Under the pieces are notes generated by a model. The model saw only the letters and a list, made by a program, of their open reading frames with translations, was not told the origin of the DNA and searched no databases. A stretch of DNA of 64,000 bases. It comes from Heteronotia binoei. Lineage: Eukaryota. Positions 22,606-35,300 of this stretch are shown in pieces. The first letter of the stretch is position 1, and each line of letters opens with the position of its first letter. The stretch covers positions 49,104,001-49,168,000 of the forward strand of contig NC_083233.1 in assembly GCF_032191835.1 (NCBI RefSeq), written 5' to 3'. The translations under genes and the position numbers were made by a program.

Positions 22606-23797
22606 AATGTCTAGTTATGTCTGGATGCCATGTGCTTTAGGAAGCAGTGACCAGACTCTGCAGTAAGGAATGCAGATGTCAATTAAGGTTGCAGTCCTAA
22701 GCACATTTTACTAACTTGGGAGCTCTGTTTAGTAGGACTTTCTTCTGAATAAACACACATTGGATAGGTCACTGGGGTTGAAATGGGCTTTCTTGGGCAC
22801 AAGCATGAAGATAGGAGTTCTTCCATATCCCTTTATTTAATATTTCAGTATTTCATACATCATACACATTTGACCATTTGCCTGATGGGCAATATGAACA
22901 AAAGCTTTGTCCAGCCTCAAGATACTTGTGGTAGTTTATAGTACAATTGCTTTGGTAAATTATACTCTATGGCACAATATCTTTGGCAGATATTGCACTG
23001 TAGGCACCCTGTGTTCAGCAATAAGCACAAACTGAGCTGAAATGAAAACTGGGCAACCTGCTCATACGGGTGATTCTCTGCAGCCTTTAGAACTGTGATC
23101 TATGAGAACTTAACCCAAATTGGAAGTTTTTTATTCAGAATCTTGAAAGCAGATGGATTAATTTAAATAGATTTCAAAGCTTAAAAGGCAACTCTTTAAA
23201 GCTGGAAAGGCAAGAATGGGGTAAAGTTCCAAGCCTTTGCTCTTAATGTCTGCTATGTCTTGCTGAGGTTCATTATCTATTTAAAATAATTAGAATAATT
23301 ACAAAAAAAACAAGCTTAAAGGCAAGAAAACAAAGAGCTGAGATGAGCATGGTAGCAGCTCTTCGTGCATAACACATGTAAAGCCTCTGTCCACATCTTC
23401 GGCCATCCTGTTCTCCCTTTTGCATGCAGTTTACTGCAGAGGTTTCTCCAGGACAAAGTCCAGAAACAAAGCAAAGGTGACAGTGCACACTTTCCTCCCA
23501 ATTTCATGACAAACTTCTCCACCCACATACACACCCATCCTGTTTATCAGCCCATTGTAGGAAACTGGGTGCCCTGGAACTAAAACCAGCCAGCACTCAT
23601 GTGCACGCACATAGCCAGTCAAATGTGTCTCTGGTGCCAGTTGCATTGGCAAATGGATTAAGAAGCTGGTACAGGACCCTTCTTCAGTTGAATGTTTTCA
23701 TGTCTAGCACATACACGCTTGTTAATAATCCAGCAGCAACTTGCAAGCATGGAACGGTTGCTGAAGAAAATACTTCCTCAAACCTATTGACAGCCAT

Positions 23798-23946
23798 AGA
23801 ACAAAGTTGGAGTCCAGTAGCACCTTTAAGGCCAACATTCTGAATAAGCTTACATTCTCAATAAAACTTTGTTGGTCTTAAAGGTGCTACTGGACTCCCA
23901 ACTTTGTTCTGTTGCTTCAGACCAACATGGTTGCCCACTTGGATCC
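23798..23946. mobile_element. Short PLE-type insertion with inverted 5' copy and 11-bp TSD
   Basis: Arms 23798-23837 and 23870-23910; ATTGACAGCCA (23786-96) versus ATTGATAGCCA (23947-57). Confidence 0.8.
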
Positions 23947-25109
23947 ATTGATAGCCAGTTATAGATGCACCCAATTGCATTTTTCTATTTGAATTAAACT
24001 CTCATCCACTGTGTTGTGCTTAATTTGCAAACCTTTATATAATGTGGCACTGTAATTCATGGCAGACTAGACTGTGTGCCTCCCGCATTTACTTACTGCA
24101 TTTTCCTCCCACTTTCAACCAAAACTGGCTCCCAGACAGGATTGCCTGAGGGCAAAGAAAAAGTCTGGTCCTTTTATTAGAGGCTTAAAGTGAGGAAATG
24201 GGTAGCTGAAGCTTTTCATTGCATGAAGCCAGATGATCTCTCATTAAGCTTGTAGTGGAGAGAGAGGAACCCTCCCCCCCAGTTGCTAGGTACTCCCAAA
24301 TTGTCTCACAGGAATAAATCAAAACAAATAAGCGAGTTCAGCACTACTGGTCCTAAGAGAGATTACTAGCAAAAGCAGGGAGAGGAGAGACCTGATCATT
24401 AAGGGCAGAAACTTTGGGCACGTTTGCCCTTGCAGGTGACAGACATTCACTGGACACAAGAAGATTGGAAACTAACAGCTGTGATTTGACAATCTCCCCC
24501 CACCCAGTAGAAAAATAATGGAGGAGTTGGTGCAGTTTCAAAGGATGGGTTCACTGGGGTGAAATGGGCATAGTTTTGAAGACTTCCCTCCAAAAAACAG
24601 AGAATATGAATATTATATTAACATTGCAGTGTAAGAAAGAAGAGAGGGTGGATTGGGGTTGGACATTAAACATGCCCCATTGCCAAGTAAGCTGAGAGTG
24701 AGTGTATTTTACAAGAACCCTTCACTGTAGTCCAATCTCCTTGAGGAAGGACCAGAGTGCATGCTTTGCCTAGGGAAGGTTCCACGTTCACTGAACCCTG
24801 GCATCGCAGCATTCAGGCTAGACAAAGAAAAGCCCACTAAGTGAGCCCCAGACATTTGTCAATGACTGCAATTTTTGGAATTGTCCTGGCTTGTGGTGGA
24901 ATGGATGGACGCCGAGAGTTGTCCAGGGCTTCCTTTTGCGAGCTGTCAAGTGGGTGCGGCATAAAGATGCGAGCAGCCAAGAAGTACTCGAGCTGGGACA
25001 GCCATGAATCATGCGTGCCCTGCCCCCTGATGTCCCCGTGGACTGACAGTCAACTTGTTAGGGGACAGTTGGTACACGAGGGACCAGGGCCAAGGCATGC
25101 CCTCTAATT

Positions 25110-25666
25110 CAGGGGTGTCAAACTCATTTGTTATGAGGACCGGATCTGACATAAAAGAGACCTAGTTGGGCTGGGCCATCTGTGTACCTACTTAAAATTA
25201 GGTAGCAGAGAGATAAATTTTATCAAGAACACAGACAAACACAAATATATATTTTAAAATCTTAAAACATGCTTAAATAGTTAGCACTCATTGGTCTTAA
25301 AGGTGCTTTCTTTTGTATTTTTTCCATGGGATCCAGGGAACTGGGCAAAGGAAGCTCTGGCTCTTTCCTTCCTTTCCCAGGGATTTGGAGGGGGAGGGAG
25401 CCTCAGGCAGTAAAAGGAAGAGAGGCTTGGCTCAGTAGCTCTGCTGTGCAATTGAGAGCCTGGCAAAGCAAGCTATTTCTCCCCAAGGGAGGAGCCTCAG
25501 CCAAGGGAGAAAATAGGTTTTGTCATGTAGCTCCTGTGCAATTGAGCAAACCTTGCAAAGCAAGCTGTTACGCTGAAGGGAGCAAGATATAGGGAGAAGG
25601 AAGCAGATGACAGCCAGTTGCTCGGGGGCCTGATTCGGGCCCGGAACTGCATGTTTGACACCCCTA
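25110..25666. mobile_element. hAT-type MITE upstream of DDX51
   Basis: TIRs CAGGGGTGTCAAAC / GTTTGACACCCCTA; 8-bp TSD CTCTAATT / CTCTAATA. Confidence 0.85.
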
Positions 25667-25679
25667 CTCTAATAAAGAG

Positions 25680-26310
25680 AAAAGTGGGGATCACTCCGAA
25701 CGCGCGAAACAGCAGGGGTCACTCGTGCAAGCCCACGTGAACCAAGGGAACGAGTGGGCCATGTGGACTCATAAGATGGGGGAAGGGCTGTTGGCGATCA
25801 TCGATTTCAGGGGATTCCCAGAACAAAAGGGAACCCTCACAGTTTCCGGTCTTTGCGCGCCTCGTGGTATGTGTGCATTTTTTCAAAAGCTGCATGTTAA
25901 TGACAGAAACATGGGTCTTCTGTTTAGTCCCGCATGGAGACTCGGGGTTGGAATATTACATCTCGCTGCTAAAGGCTGAGTTTTTGCCCACTCTATAGTT
26001 TTTGTACGTGCACGTCTCGTTCGAATCTCAGAGGGAACGGCTTTTGCAGTGGCACCTCCGACTGCCGGGAGCGTTGAAAGCAAGCTCCAGCTGGCGCACC
26101 GTTGTTTCGTCATCAGGAAGCGCCGAGCAGAGAAGAAAGGGCTGCTGTGGCGTGCGATGGCGCTGTTCCTTGTTCAGAGGTAAGAATCACATGGCCACTT
26201 CAGGTGCGTGGCGATCCCCGGTTGGGGGTCGGTAGGCCTAATGGGAGGGAGGTGTACGTTTTAGGTCAGCATTCACTTTAAGCGTTCTGACCGTGTCAGC
26301 AAAAATCCGT
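25680..26310. promoter_or_regulatory. DDX51 CpG island promoter
   Basis: CpG-rich segment containing the ATG at 26157. Confidence 0.65.
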
Positions 26311-29300
26311 AGAGGATGCTTTTCAGCAGGCTTGAATAGTATGAGTTTGCTTCTTTCTGATAGGTTCTGAAAGTTCACAGTGGTCTTCCCTATAGGAGTT
26401 CCTTGAGTCAGTTTTGTTTCCTGTGTTGTTCTACATCCACGTGCAACCAGTAGGAAAGGTTTTCTGTGGGCATGGGATATAGCATCAGCAGTGTGCCTGA
26501 TATGAAAAGCTGTTTCTGCTTTCCATCTAATCCAGAGAGCACGGTTATTTCCTGAGCTAATGTTTGTGTTTAACAGTGGATTGGATCCGTGTGAATAAAA
26601 TTAAATTTTATTCAGGCCACACAAAAGGCAAGAGTTTGTAGTGGGGATCCAGTGGACCAATTGGAAGGGGGAAAATCTTTTGAAGGGTGGGATCTTCCAT
26701 GTGAGGTCAGGTTTATTAGAGGTTGGGGCAGTTCTGAATCTGTGCTTGTTCTTGGATTGTCAGGTTACATGTATGATCTGGAGTGCCTTTTTGTCAGCTT
26801 TTGCTGGTATGTCTCTTTAGCCCTGGAAAATAGATACCTGATGTCTTACTAATTAAGGTGGAAACTAGACTACTGTATTGGGACTACCTCTGAATATGGT
26901 TCAGGAACTCATATAGAATACTACCACTGCTGTTGGATGTCTTCTGGCTGTTAGACAATCTTAGGATCTCCTGGCTATACCATGCGCACTGCCATATGAT
27001 AATTATTGCTATTCTTGTACTCATACAGCATTTATATTGAAACCCCTACATTGGCTGCTGGAGTGTTTCTGAACTCCATTCAAAATGCTGGTTTTCAGCT
27101 GTAAACCCCTGGACAGTCTAGGCCTGGGAAGGCTTTGGGAATATCTTGTCTTTCATGCAAACCTCCCAGAGGCCCTTCTTCAGTTCCATCCTATGGGAAG
27201 ATCTACTTGGCCTCCACAAGATGTTGTGTGTGTGGCTGTCAGGAAATCTGGGGGTTTCTCCCACCAATTGTTCATTTGGCTTCTTCTGTGATGGTATTAA
27301 GAAGCTAAAAAAGGATATTCTGTCAAATGCCTTTGGAAGATAGCAGTTTCAGCTATTGCTATTGTGGGCTGTAGTAGCTTTTGTGTTAATTCTAATGTGT
27401 GGCTTGAAGATATTTAATTGAATTGTTCTCTACTCCATTTTCAGAGTAAAATTATGTTAATAAGCAAATGATAAACTTGGCTGTTGTAGCTAATAGCTAT
27501 AGACCTGACACGGAGCGCCCTGATTTTTTTTCTCATTCCCCTTTGAAGAAATCTTAGGCTAGGAGCTTTCACTTTATCTTGTGGCAGCAAATTATGTACA
27601 TTAAGGATGTGTGAAGATGTGCTTTCTTTCACAATTCCTGACCATGTAGCCAGTAATTGTCATTGGATGACACTGAATTCTGGTATTACATGAGACAGCA
27701 AAATCTTTGTACCTGCACTCTCCATATACTGGTAACTTTATGAACTTCTCCCATGTTCCCCCAACTTTTTTCTATACCAAAAAGCTCCAAACAGCTTAGC
27801 TTTTTCTCATAGGGAAAGTACTGTACCAGTTTTTCTCATTTCTTCCAACTACAGTATCATCAAACCGAAGGGGGAGATAGGGCAAGCAGAGTAATATATA
27901 GTTCCTACTAAAGGTTCATATAATACTAGAAACTACAACTTTATTATGTTGCATTTTGTATCACATCTGGGTTAGAGTTAGAGACCACTTGCTACTCTTG
28001 AACTTCATTGCATCCAGAAACTGAAGTTCTTACTTGCAACAGCTGGAAGGGACCTTTCTACATTATGATGGGACTCACTGATGACTCCCATGTTGCAGTG
28101 CCGTACTGTAGAACAGCTGTAGCCATTGTATAATCCACAGATACACTGGTGATGAAGAGGGTGAGCCAGAAGACCAGTCTCAGGTGCTCTTGCAGCGGCT
28201 GCAGGAAAGGACAAGAGCCCGCCAGCTGCAAAAACAGAAACAGGGTAAGACAATTTCTGCAGAGCTAACAAAAACAGAGAATGAAATCTCAGGAGTGAAT
28301 TCTGAGGAGGAATCACAGCCAAAGACCAAGAAGAGAAAAAGGAGATCAAATGATGGATTTCCTTGCACAAAAGACCAAAGAAAGCCAAATAGGCAGCCAC
28401 AAGCTGATGAGAAGGAAAGTCCTGGAGAGGAAGATGGTTTGAGTAAGAGCAGAACTCCAAAGAGTGGAGGGAAGTCCAAAAGGCCACGAAGAAGAACTAA
28501 AGCAGGTATGTAGACGGAGGCTAAGCTTGATTTCAGGGACCAATGTTTGGGGGTTTGTTAAAATTCCTGTCGCATTCTCATTGTACACTGCAGTTGGAGG
28601 AGATCACTTTTATGAGGGGCATAGTCTGACTCGCATGATATTTTATGGATTGGTCCTTGCTTTCATAAAGAGCATATTGCAGGAGCAGTCTACTTGTGCA
28701 AACAACATAATGTTACTGCATCATGTTACTCACATAATAGTTTAGGAGTTCCTTCTGCAAACAGCAGCAGAAACACCCAAGCAGGGCAATCTGTTTCAAG
28801 CAGCTGCTGTTGTGTCTTTCATAAGTCTTCTTGTGTGAGCAGCTGTTGAGATGAATTAGCCCTAGTTTCCTTCCCTCAATGTAAAGTACATAGCCATGTG
28901 CCTTCTTGACTTTCGGGCCAGTGGGTTTTGTCTTTATCTTTGGAGATCCTCCCATAAGCATATGGAGGCACCCCTTAGGTTCAGCCACCCCAATGTTGCC
29001 TTTGACATCGGAAGTCCTTTATGGCATGAGGCCCCTGGGAATGCTGCAAGAACCCTTTTCTCTTAGTGCTCTTCCAAATTCAAATAATTTGTGGTATTTA
29101 TGTATTTCTTACCAAAATGTTGGCTAACTAGGAAGTGATGATAACTTGAAGAGTCATTTGGACAACAGTTGTACAGCAGCAGCAGGAGATAAAGAGGATA
29201 GCTCTACACCTACAGAGAAAGACAGCCAAAGAAGAGAGGAGCAGAAGACATTGGATCAGAAGGGAACTCCTCTGCCTTCTCCTGTGATTGTCCTCAGCAC

Positions 29301-32300
29301 TTCAGATAAAAAAGCTGTAAAGAAGGTAACCCACTGGCTGGAGCTGATTGCAAGTATTCTTTGTACCATAATGTTTAAGATGCATATGGAAGCAAACTGG
29401 CTGAAGTGATATTTGTTTCTGAGTAGATTGTTGAATGTCAGGGTGCTGGGGTGACTCTTTGTTAAAGCCTTGACTTAACTCTCTTCTAAGCCAATGAAGC
29501 TAGATGCTCATTTCTACTTTCTATCCTAAATCAGCACCAAATTTTGGGCTGGAGGGGAGGATCTTTAAAAAACATGTTAGAAAGCAAATTTTCAATTGGG
29601 AGGTTCGGAGGGGCATTTTGTCTTCAAGACAATTACTCAATGTGCTTTGTTGCCCACAGTAGCTTCCAAACAGGCTCAACTACATATGCGCTTCCTTGGA
29701 TCGGGGCCACAGTTTCAATGCTTTGTCCATGTGACTTGCAGGTGCAGCCTTATTTGCCCCAGTGGCTTGCTCAGCCCAAGCTAGTCCAGAAAAGGATCAA
29801 AGAGAACCTTGTCCCACTCCATGATGTTCCAGAAATCCACCCTAAACTGAGGAAGAAACTGCAAGCAAATGGAATAGAATTTTTGTTTCCAGGTATCCTA
29901 CCCAGGTGGATGATCTCTTATAATAAGAACATCTTTTATTTTGTATTCTGTCTGCAGAGTTTCCAAGCTGCATTTAAGTAGATGGCCAAAGTCTGGGAGA
30001 TGGGTGCATATGGTTTGTTACCAGCTGGTGGAAATCTGGGTTAATTAAATCTTGGTGGGAGTTGCCTGTACCTTTGCAGTTCAGGAACCCAAGTAGACTC
30101 CCTTCCAGTGTGAATTGGGGGGAAGAGGGTTGATACATTCTGGGTGCTGGGCAACTAGTCTTATTCAGAAGTAAAGTGTGTGCTGGTATTTGGTCATCAG
30201 ATCATAGGAAAAGGTCTTAATGTCTCTCCCAAGATTTCAATTGAAGTAGCATTATGTTTTGTTTTAATTTGTTGAACATTTTGGGGCTGCTCTAGAAGTG
30301 TAATTAAATACTTGACTATAGCACTGGATCTGAGCCTGCCATCTTCCCCTGGGACATGACTGTTCTGTGGTTGCATATGAAGGGAAATTAGGACAATTGA
30401 TCCCATTTGTGTGTTGGTGAGAGGTTTGTCTGAGAAGCTTGGTTGGGGTTGGCAGTGGATAAGACCTTTTACTGGAAAAGTGATCCTGTCCTAGTTTGTG
30501 ACTCTCTCTTTCTGTGTTTCCTTTTCAGTTCAGGCACAGGTGATTCCAGCCATTTTGGCAAGTGCAACTGGCGGGTTTTTGGTAACAAGAAATGGTTACC
30601 AGCCAAGTGATATTTGCGTGTCAGCCCCTACAGGCAGTGGTAAAACACTAGCCTTTGTCATTCCTGTAGTACAGGTGAGCTTTGGCTAGAGTGACAGCTG
30701 CTGGGCTGGAAGCCTGTGTGTGTCCTGTGCAAAATCAATGCTGCAATGTGTGTGCTGACTTGGGGGCTTGAAGGCAGAACTGGGGGGAGCTCTACAGACC
30801 TGTGCCTGTTATGTGCTTTCCAAAGAATTACCTGTATGGGCAGGTTCAAGTTCTGTTCAAGTCAGTTCAGAGGTTTGTTTATTTATTTACTTTAGATTTT
30901 TATCCCACCCTCTTTGCAAGTGGACTCAGGGCGTCTAACAATCATTTTAAAATAGCAATATCAGATTACAATTTTTAAAACGATAAAACTTAAACAATTA
31001 AGCAATTAAAACTACATAATTGGTGCTACACAGAGAAATTTTGATACAGGCAGATCACAGCTTTCATTCTTCCGCATTCTAATTATAATATCATAATTGG
31101 TTGACAATTTCTGTGGCTTTGGTCATAGTGTGGAAGTATTTACATAGTGTGGAAGTATTTACATGTTCTATCATGTTTAGGTCTTCTTTTCTCCATCCTC
31201 TTGGGTATTTGGGAAGCAGCCTCAGCATGGTTGTAGAAACTGTGTTCTTTACTTTTGGAATGACATTCCCCTAAATTGTTTCACTAGTATTCTACAAATG
31301 GCCAGTGGTTTGATTGGATAGTTCAAATGAATAAGTGAACTGTAGCCTTCAACCCCATTTGTTGCCTCTGATCTTGAAGGATGCCATGATCGTCCTGTCC
31401 CTTCTTGCCTTAAGTAGCCGAGTCCTGAAGTTCCTGCAGCCTCTGTGGGTTTTTCCTTTGTCACTCATCTCTCTGCCCTCTCTATCCAACCACAGCCCTG
31501 CTGTTTCTGCTACATATTCTGCTTCCCCTCCTTCCTTCCAATAACTCTTCAATAGTTTGCAAAAACTGACCAAAAATTGTGTAACTGAAACAGCCATTCA
31601 TATTGTGCATTAATTTAATTCAGCCACAAAATTTTAATCTGGCTATACCTCAAACTGTTTTGCGCCAAGTTTAAAGCCACTTAGGTAAGAATTTGTAAGT
31701 GGACACCTCTGACTAGCTCATCTAGATCTCCCCAAAAGTGGCCTGCTGAATTTGAAGAATGCAGTATGAAAAACACTTAATGCTTCAAACTAAGAGAATT
31801 TTGCAATGAATGAGTTGCTTGCTTTCATGTATGTATTTGAGCAGACTGAGAACAATAATCTGCCAGCTGTTCCTAAAATTTTGACTCTGTCTTGGCAGGC
31901 CCTGTTAGAACGAGTGGTTTGCCAGGTACGAGCCTTGGCAGTCTTGCCCACCAAAGAGCTAGCACAGCAGGTAAGTTCCTGAATCTTCTGTCCCCTGCCC
32001 TGAATCCATCCTACCCTAGAAATAGGGTTTTCCAACTCACCTCTTGGTTAAAGTGCTGCAGGGGGTTGTGTATGATTTGGAGTTGGAGATCCTTAGTCTC
32101 CTACTCAGATGTATAGCTGAGTTGACTGACAACAAAGGTCTCATTTAGCAGTGAGAAGCCAGGGGGAGGGAATTCAGGGACTGAAGTCTGATTGCTCCAC
32201 CCTCCGGACAACACTGGAAGGGAAGAGTGCCTGTTTATTTATTTGATTTATTTCCTACCCCTTTCCCGCAATGCAGGGCTCAACGTGGCTGACAACATTT

Positions 32301-35300
32301 TCTTTTTAAAATGTACAACTGAACCATAAGGTTCCATCATTAAAACAGATAAAAACAGTTAAAATTTTCACCTTCTCCCAGTACCTAGCAATATTCCAAA
32401 GAGAAAACACCTCACAGACCAATAGCTGCTGAAAATAAAAGTATTAGCCAAAGGCCTGCCAGAACTATTCTTTCTAGACAGGTCCCAGAGGACATGTGTC
32501 TCCTCCAGTAAGGCATTCCACCAGGACGGAGCCATGCATAGAACAGGGGTGCATAGGAAACAAGGGGATGGGATTACAGACCCATGCCAGCACCTATAGA
32601 CTTCACAAACAACAGGCGTCCAGTAAACAACTTTTATTCAACATCTGGTTACAGTTACCATGTTTTCTGGTTGCAGTTCCCAGGAATCATGTCACTTTGC
32701 TCTCCATGTCTGTCATTCCATGCCTTCACCTCCTGCTCTGTCCTCCCACAGACCCCTGTCTTTAGGGCCATCCTCAGCATCTGGATCCTCCCCACTTCCT
32801 GGCACTAGTCCAGGCCCTCTGCATCAGGGAACTCAATCTCCACCATCAATGGCATCTACAGCCAGCCAGCCTCTCCTGACAGTGTTAGTCCTGGCCACAC
32901 CTGGCCCACAGTCTTTCCCTGCTGTGTTGCTTCATCACCTGGGCTTACAGGTGGGTTGTCAAACTCTCCTCACCCCAGGTTAAATCACTCCCTTTTTCCA
33001 GTCCTTACAAGCCACTGCAACCCTCCCCACCAGTTTGTTTTGAGGTGGGGAGGGGTCTCTTAAAGACTCTCAAAGAATAACTCATACCCCAAGATCTTTC
33101 TGGTCTCTAAGGTTCTACTGGCCTTGAATCTGATTGCTTTATTGTAGACCAATATGGCTGCCCTCTGAAACTACCTTCCAAAGCTGTACTATTTATTCAA
33201 GTTGCCTTTGGAGATAGTGAGCCAGTTTGGTGTCATAATTAAGTGCACGGACTCTTATCTGGGAGAGTGGGTTTTAATTTCCCACTCCTCCACATACAGC
33301 TGCTGGAGTTACCTTGGGTCAGTCATAACTCTCCCAGAGCTGCTCTGCTTAAGAACAGTTTCTGTTAGAGCTCTCTCAGCCCCATCTACCTCACAAGGTG
33401 TCTGTTATGGGGAGGGGAAGGGAAAGGAGATTGTAAGCCACTCTGAGGCTCCTTTGAATAGTGAAGGGTGGGGTATAAATCCAATCTCTTCCTCCTCCTC
33501 TTTCTTCTCATGCACAGTTATTGCTTGTCTGACTGGGTTTAACCCCTTTGATTATGCACTCATGTTGTTTCCTCCTCCTGCTGCTTCCTCAGTGATCCAA
33601 AAGTGCAGTTAAGGTGGCTGCTGAGGGGTGACTGAGGCTGGGCTGACTCCTCTGCAAGCTTGTTCTCACCTTTCCCCTGTTTTCCTCATTGACTCCTTCC
33701 TGTAGGTGAGTAAAGTATTCAACATTTACACGGATGGAACGGGATTGAAAGTCGTCCAACTGACTGGGCAGAAGTCTTTTGTGAAGGAGCAAGAGTCTCT
33801 TGCTGAGGAAACGTAAGTTTCATTCTCACCTTGGTGTCATTTGTCTATAATTTTGTTGGGTTGGCTCATTGATTGAACAGATGGTGGTCTTAAAACCATC
33901 TGAGCCACAAGCTCGGAGGAGTGCTCGTCTGACTGTGCTTTCTCTCAATCACTCCAGCCAGGGTTGCCTTCTGAGATTATAGAATCCAGTAGTTGGCTCA
34001 GAACAGTATTGTGAACATTGTGTTTCAAAAAACTCTGAAAGGAAACCCGAGCATTAGCTCACATGGGTGTGTGGGAATTGTTCTTGCAGTGACTTGTGGG
34101 ATATCCTGAATGAAGGATCACAATCCAAAATGAACAAACTCTTGGTCTGGAATTCCACAATTGCTGTGGCTAGCCCTGAGGGGTCCTGGCCCGATGGATG
34201 GCAAGGCCTTTAGGGTTAAGAGATGGCTCCTTAGCATTGCCTGTCCTTGTTTGTCCAGTATGTGCCTTCACATACTCACAAAATGGTGTCAGTTACATCC
34301 CATAGAAAGCTCTCATTCACTGGCATTTCTCAGGCTAACTGGATTTCGCAGTCTGGCAGACATTGTTGTAGCCACCCCGGGGCGCCTGGTGGATCATCTT
34401 CAGCAGAGTCTTCAGTTCAGCCTTAAAGAACTTCGTTTCCTGGTGAGTGGCACATGTTCCTGTCTGAACCCACTGTATACACTTGCAGTGAGCACCTGGC
34501 TGCTTGAGGCCACTGTACTTCTTTCCAGAAGTTACACTATGGACATGTTTGAATCCACACTATTCCTTTATGCAGCTTTTGAGACCTCCTTGCCCTCAGG
34601 AAATAATTTAAATAATTGCAAGGGATCCCATTCCTGCAGCTACTGAGAGGCAACAGAATAAATACTTTTTGAGTTTTGTTCATGTATTGAAAAATATCAG
34701 CCACTTTAAATACAAAACAGAAGCCTCAAGTAGTCCATACTTATAAAAGCAGTGGAATAGAAAGGATATTGAAAAGCAGTTTAAAAGCAGCAGGGGATGC
34801 CCAGGGCCAGGGAGTTCCACAGTGGTGGGGCATACATTCTCAAGACCCTCTTTCTATATATCTTGGTTGTATGAAGTTAGGATGATGGGGACTGTTTTGG
34901 GTTTCACACCTCAAGGAGTAGTCATTTGTGCCACCTGAGCAACTCTCCTTCCAAAGTCCTTTGCCTGTAAAAGGTGCATTCAGAGGAATAGGTCTTTTCT
35001 TGAAACCTCCTCCAGCATTTGCCCTGCAGCAGAGATGGTGTCATCCCCCATAGGCCTTAATCTGTTTACTTGCAAACAAAAATTATATTAGCACAACTTT
35101 GGATCTGGTTTGGGAGGCTGTGCTGGGGTTGTGTGGGTGAGGTGCACAGAGGCTACATTCAAGTCCCCTTAATTCAACTGGGAACATTATGGGCTTTCCT
35201 AACTCTCTCCTGCTGAGATAAATGGGATGTTGACAAAAGTATTTTTCACTTGGCTGTTGTAGTGCACATGTCGGGTTTCTTTCTTTGTGTTTGTGTGAGT

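Noticed and set aside
31124-31165. Short exact tandem duplications (19 bp here; 30 bp at 54417-54476; 12 bp near 49725)
   Set aside because: Two-copy intronic slippage products away from splice signals; not spacer-separated, so not CRISPR-like.
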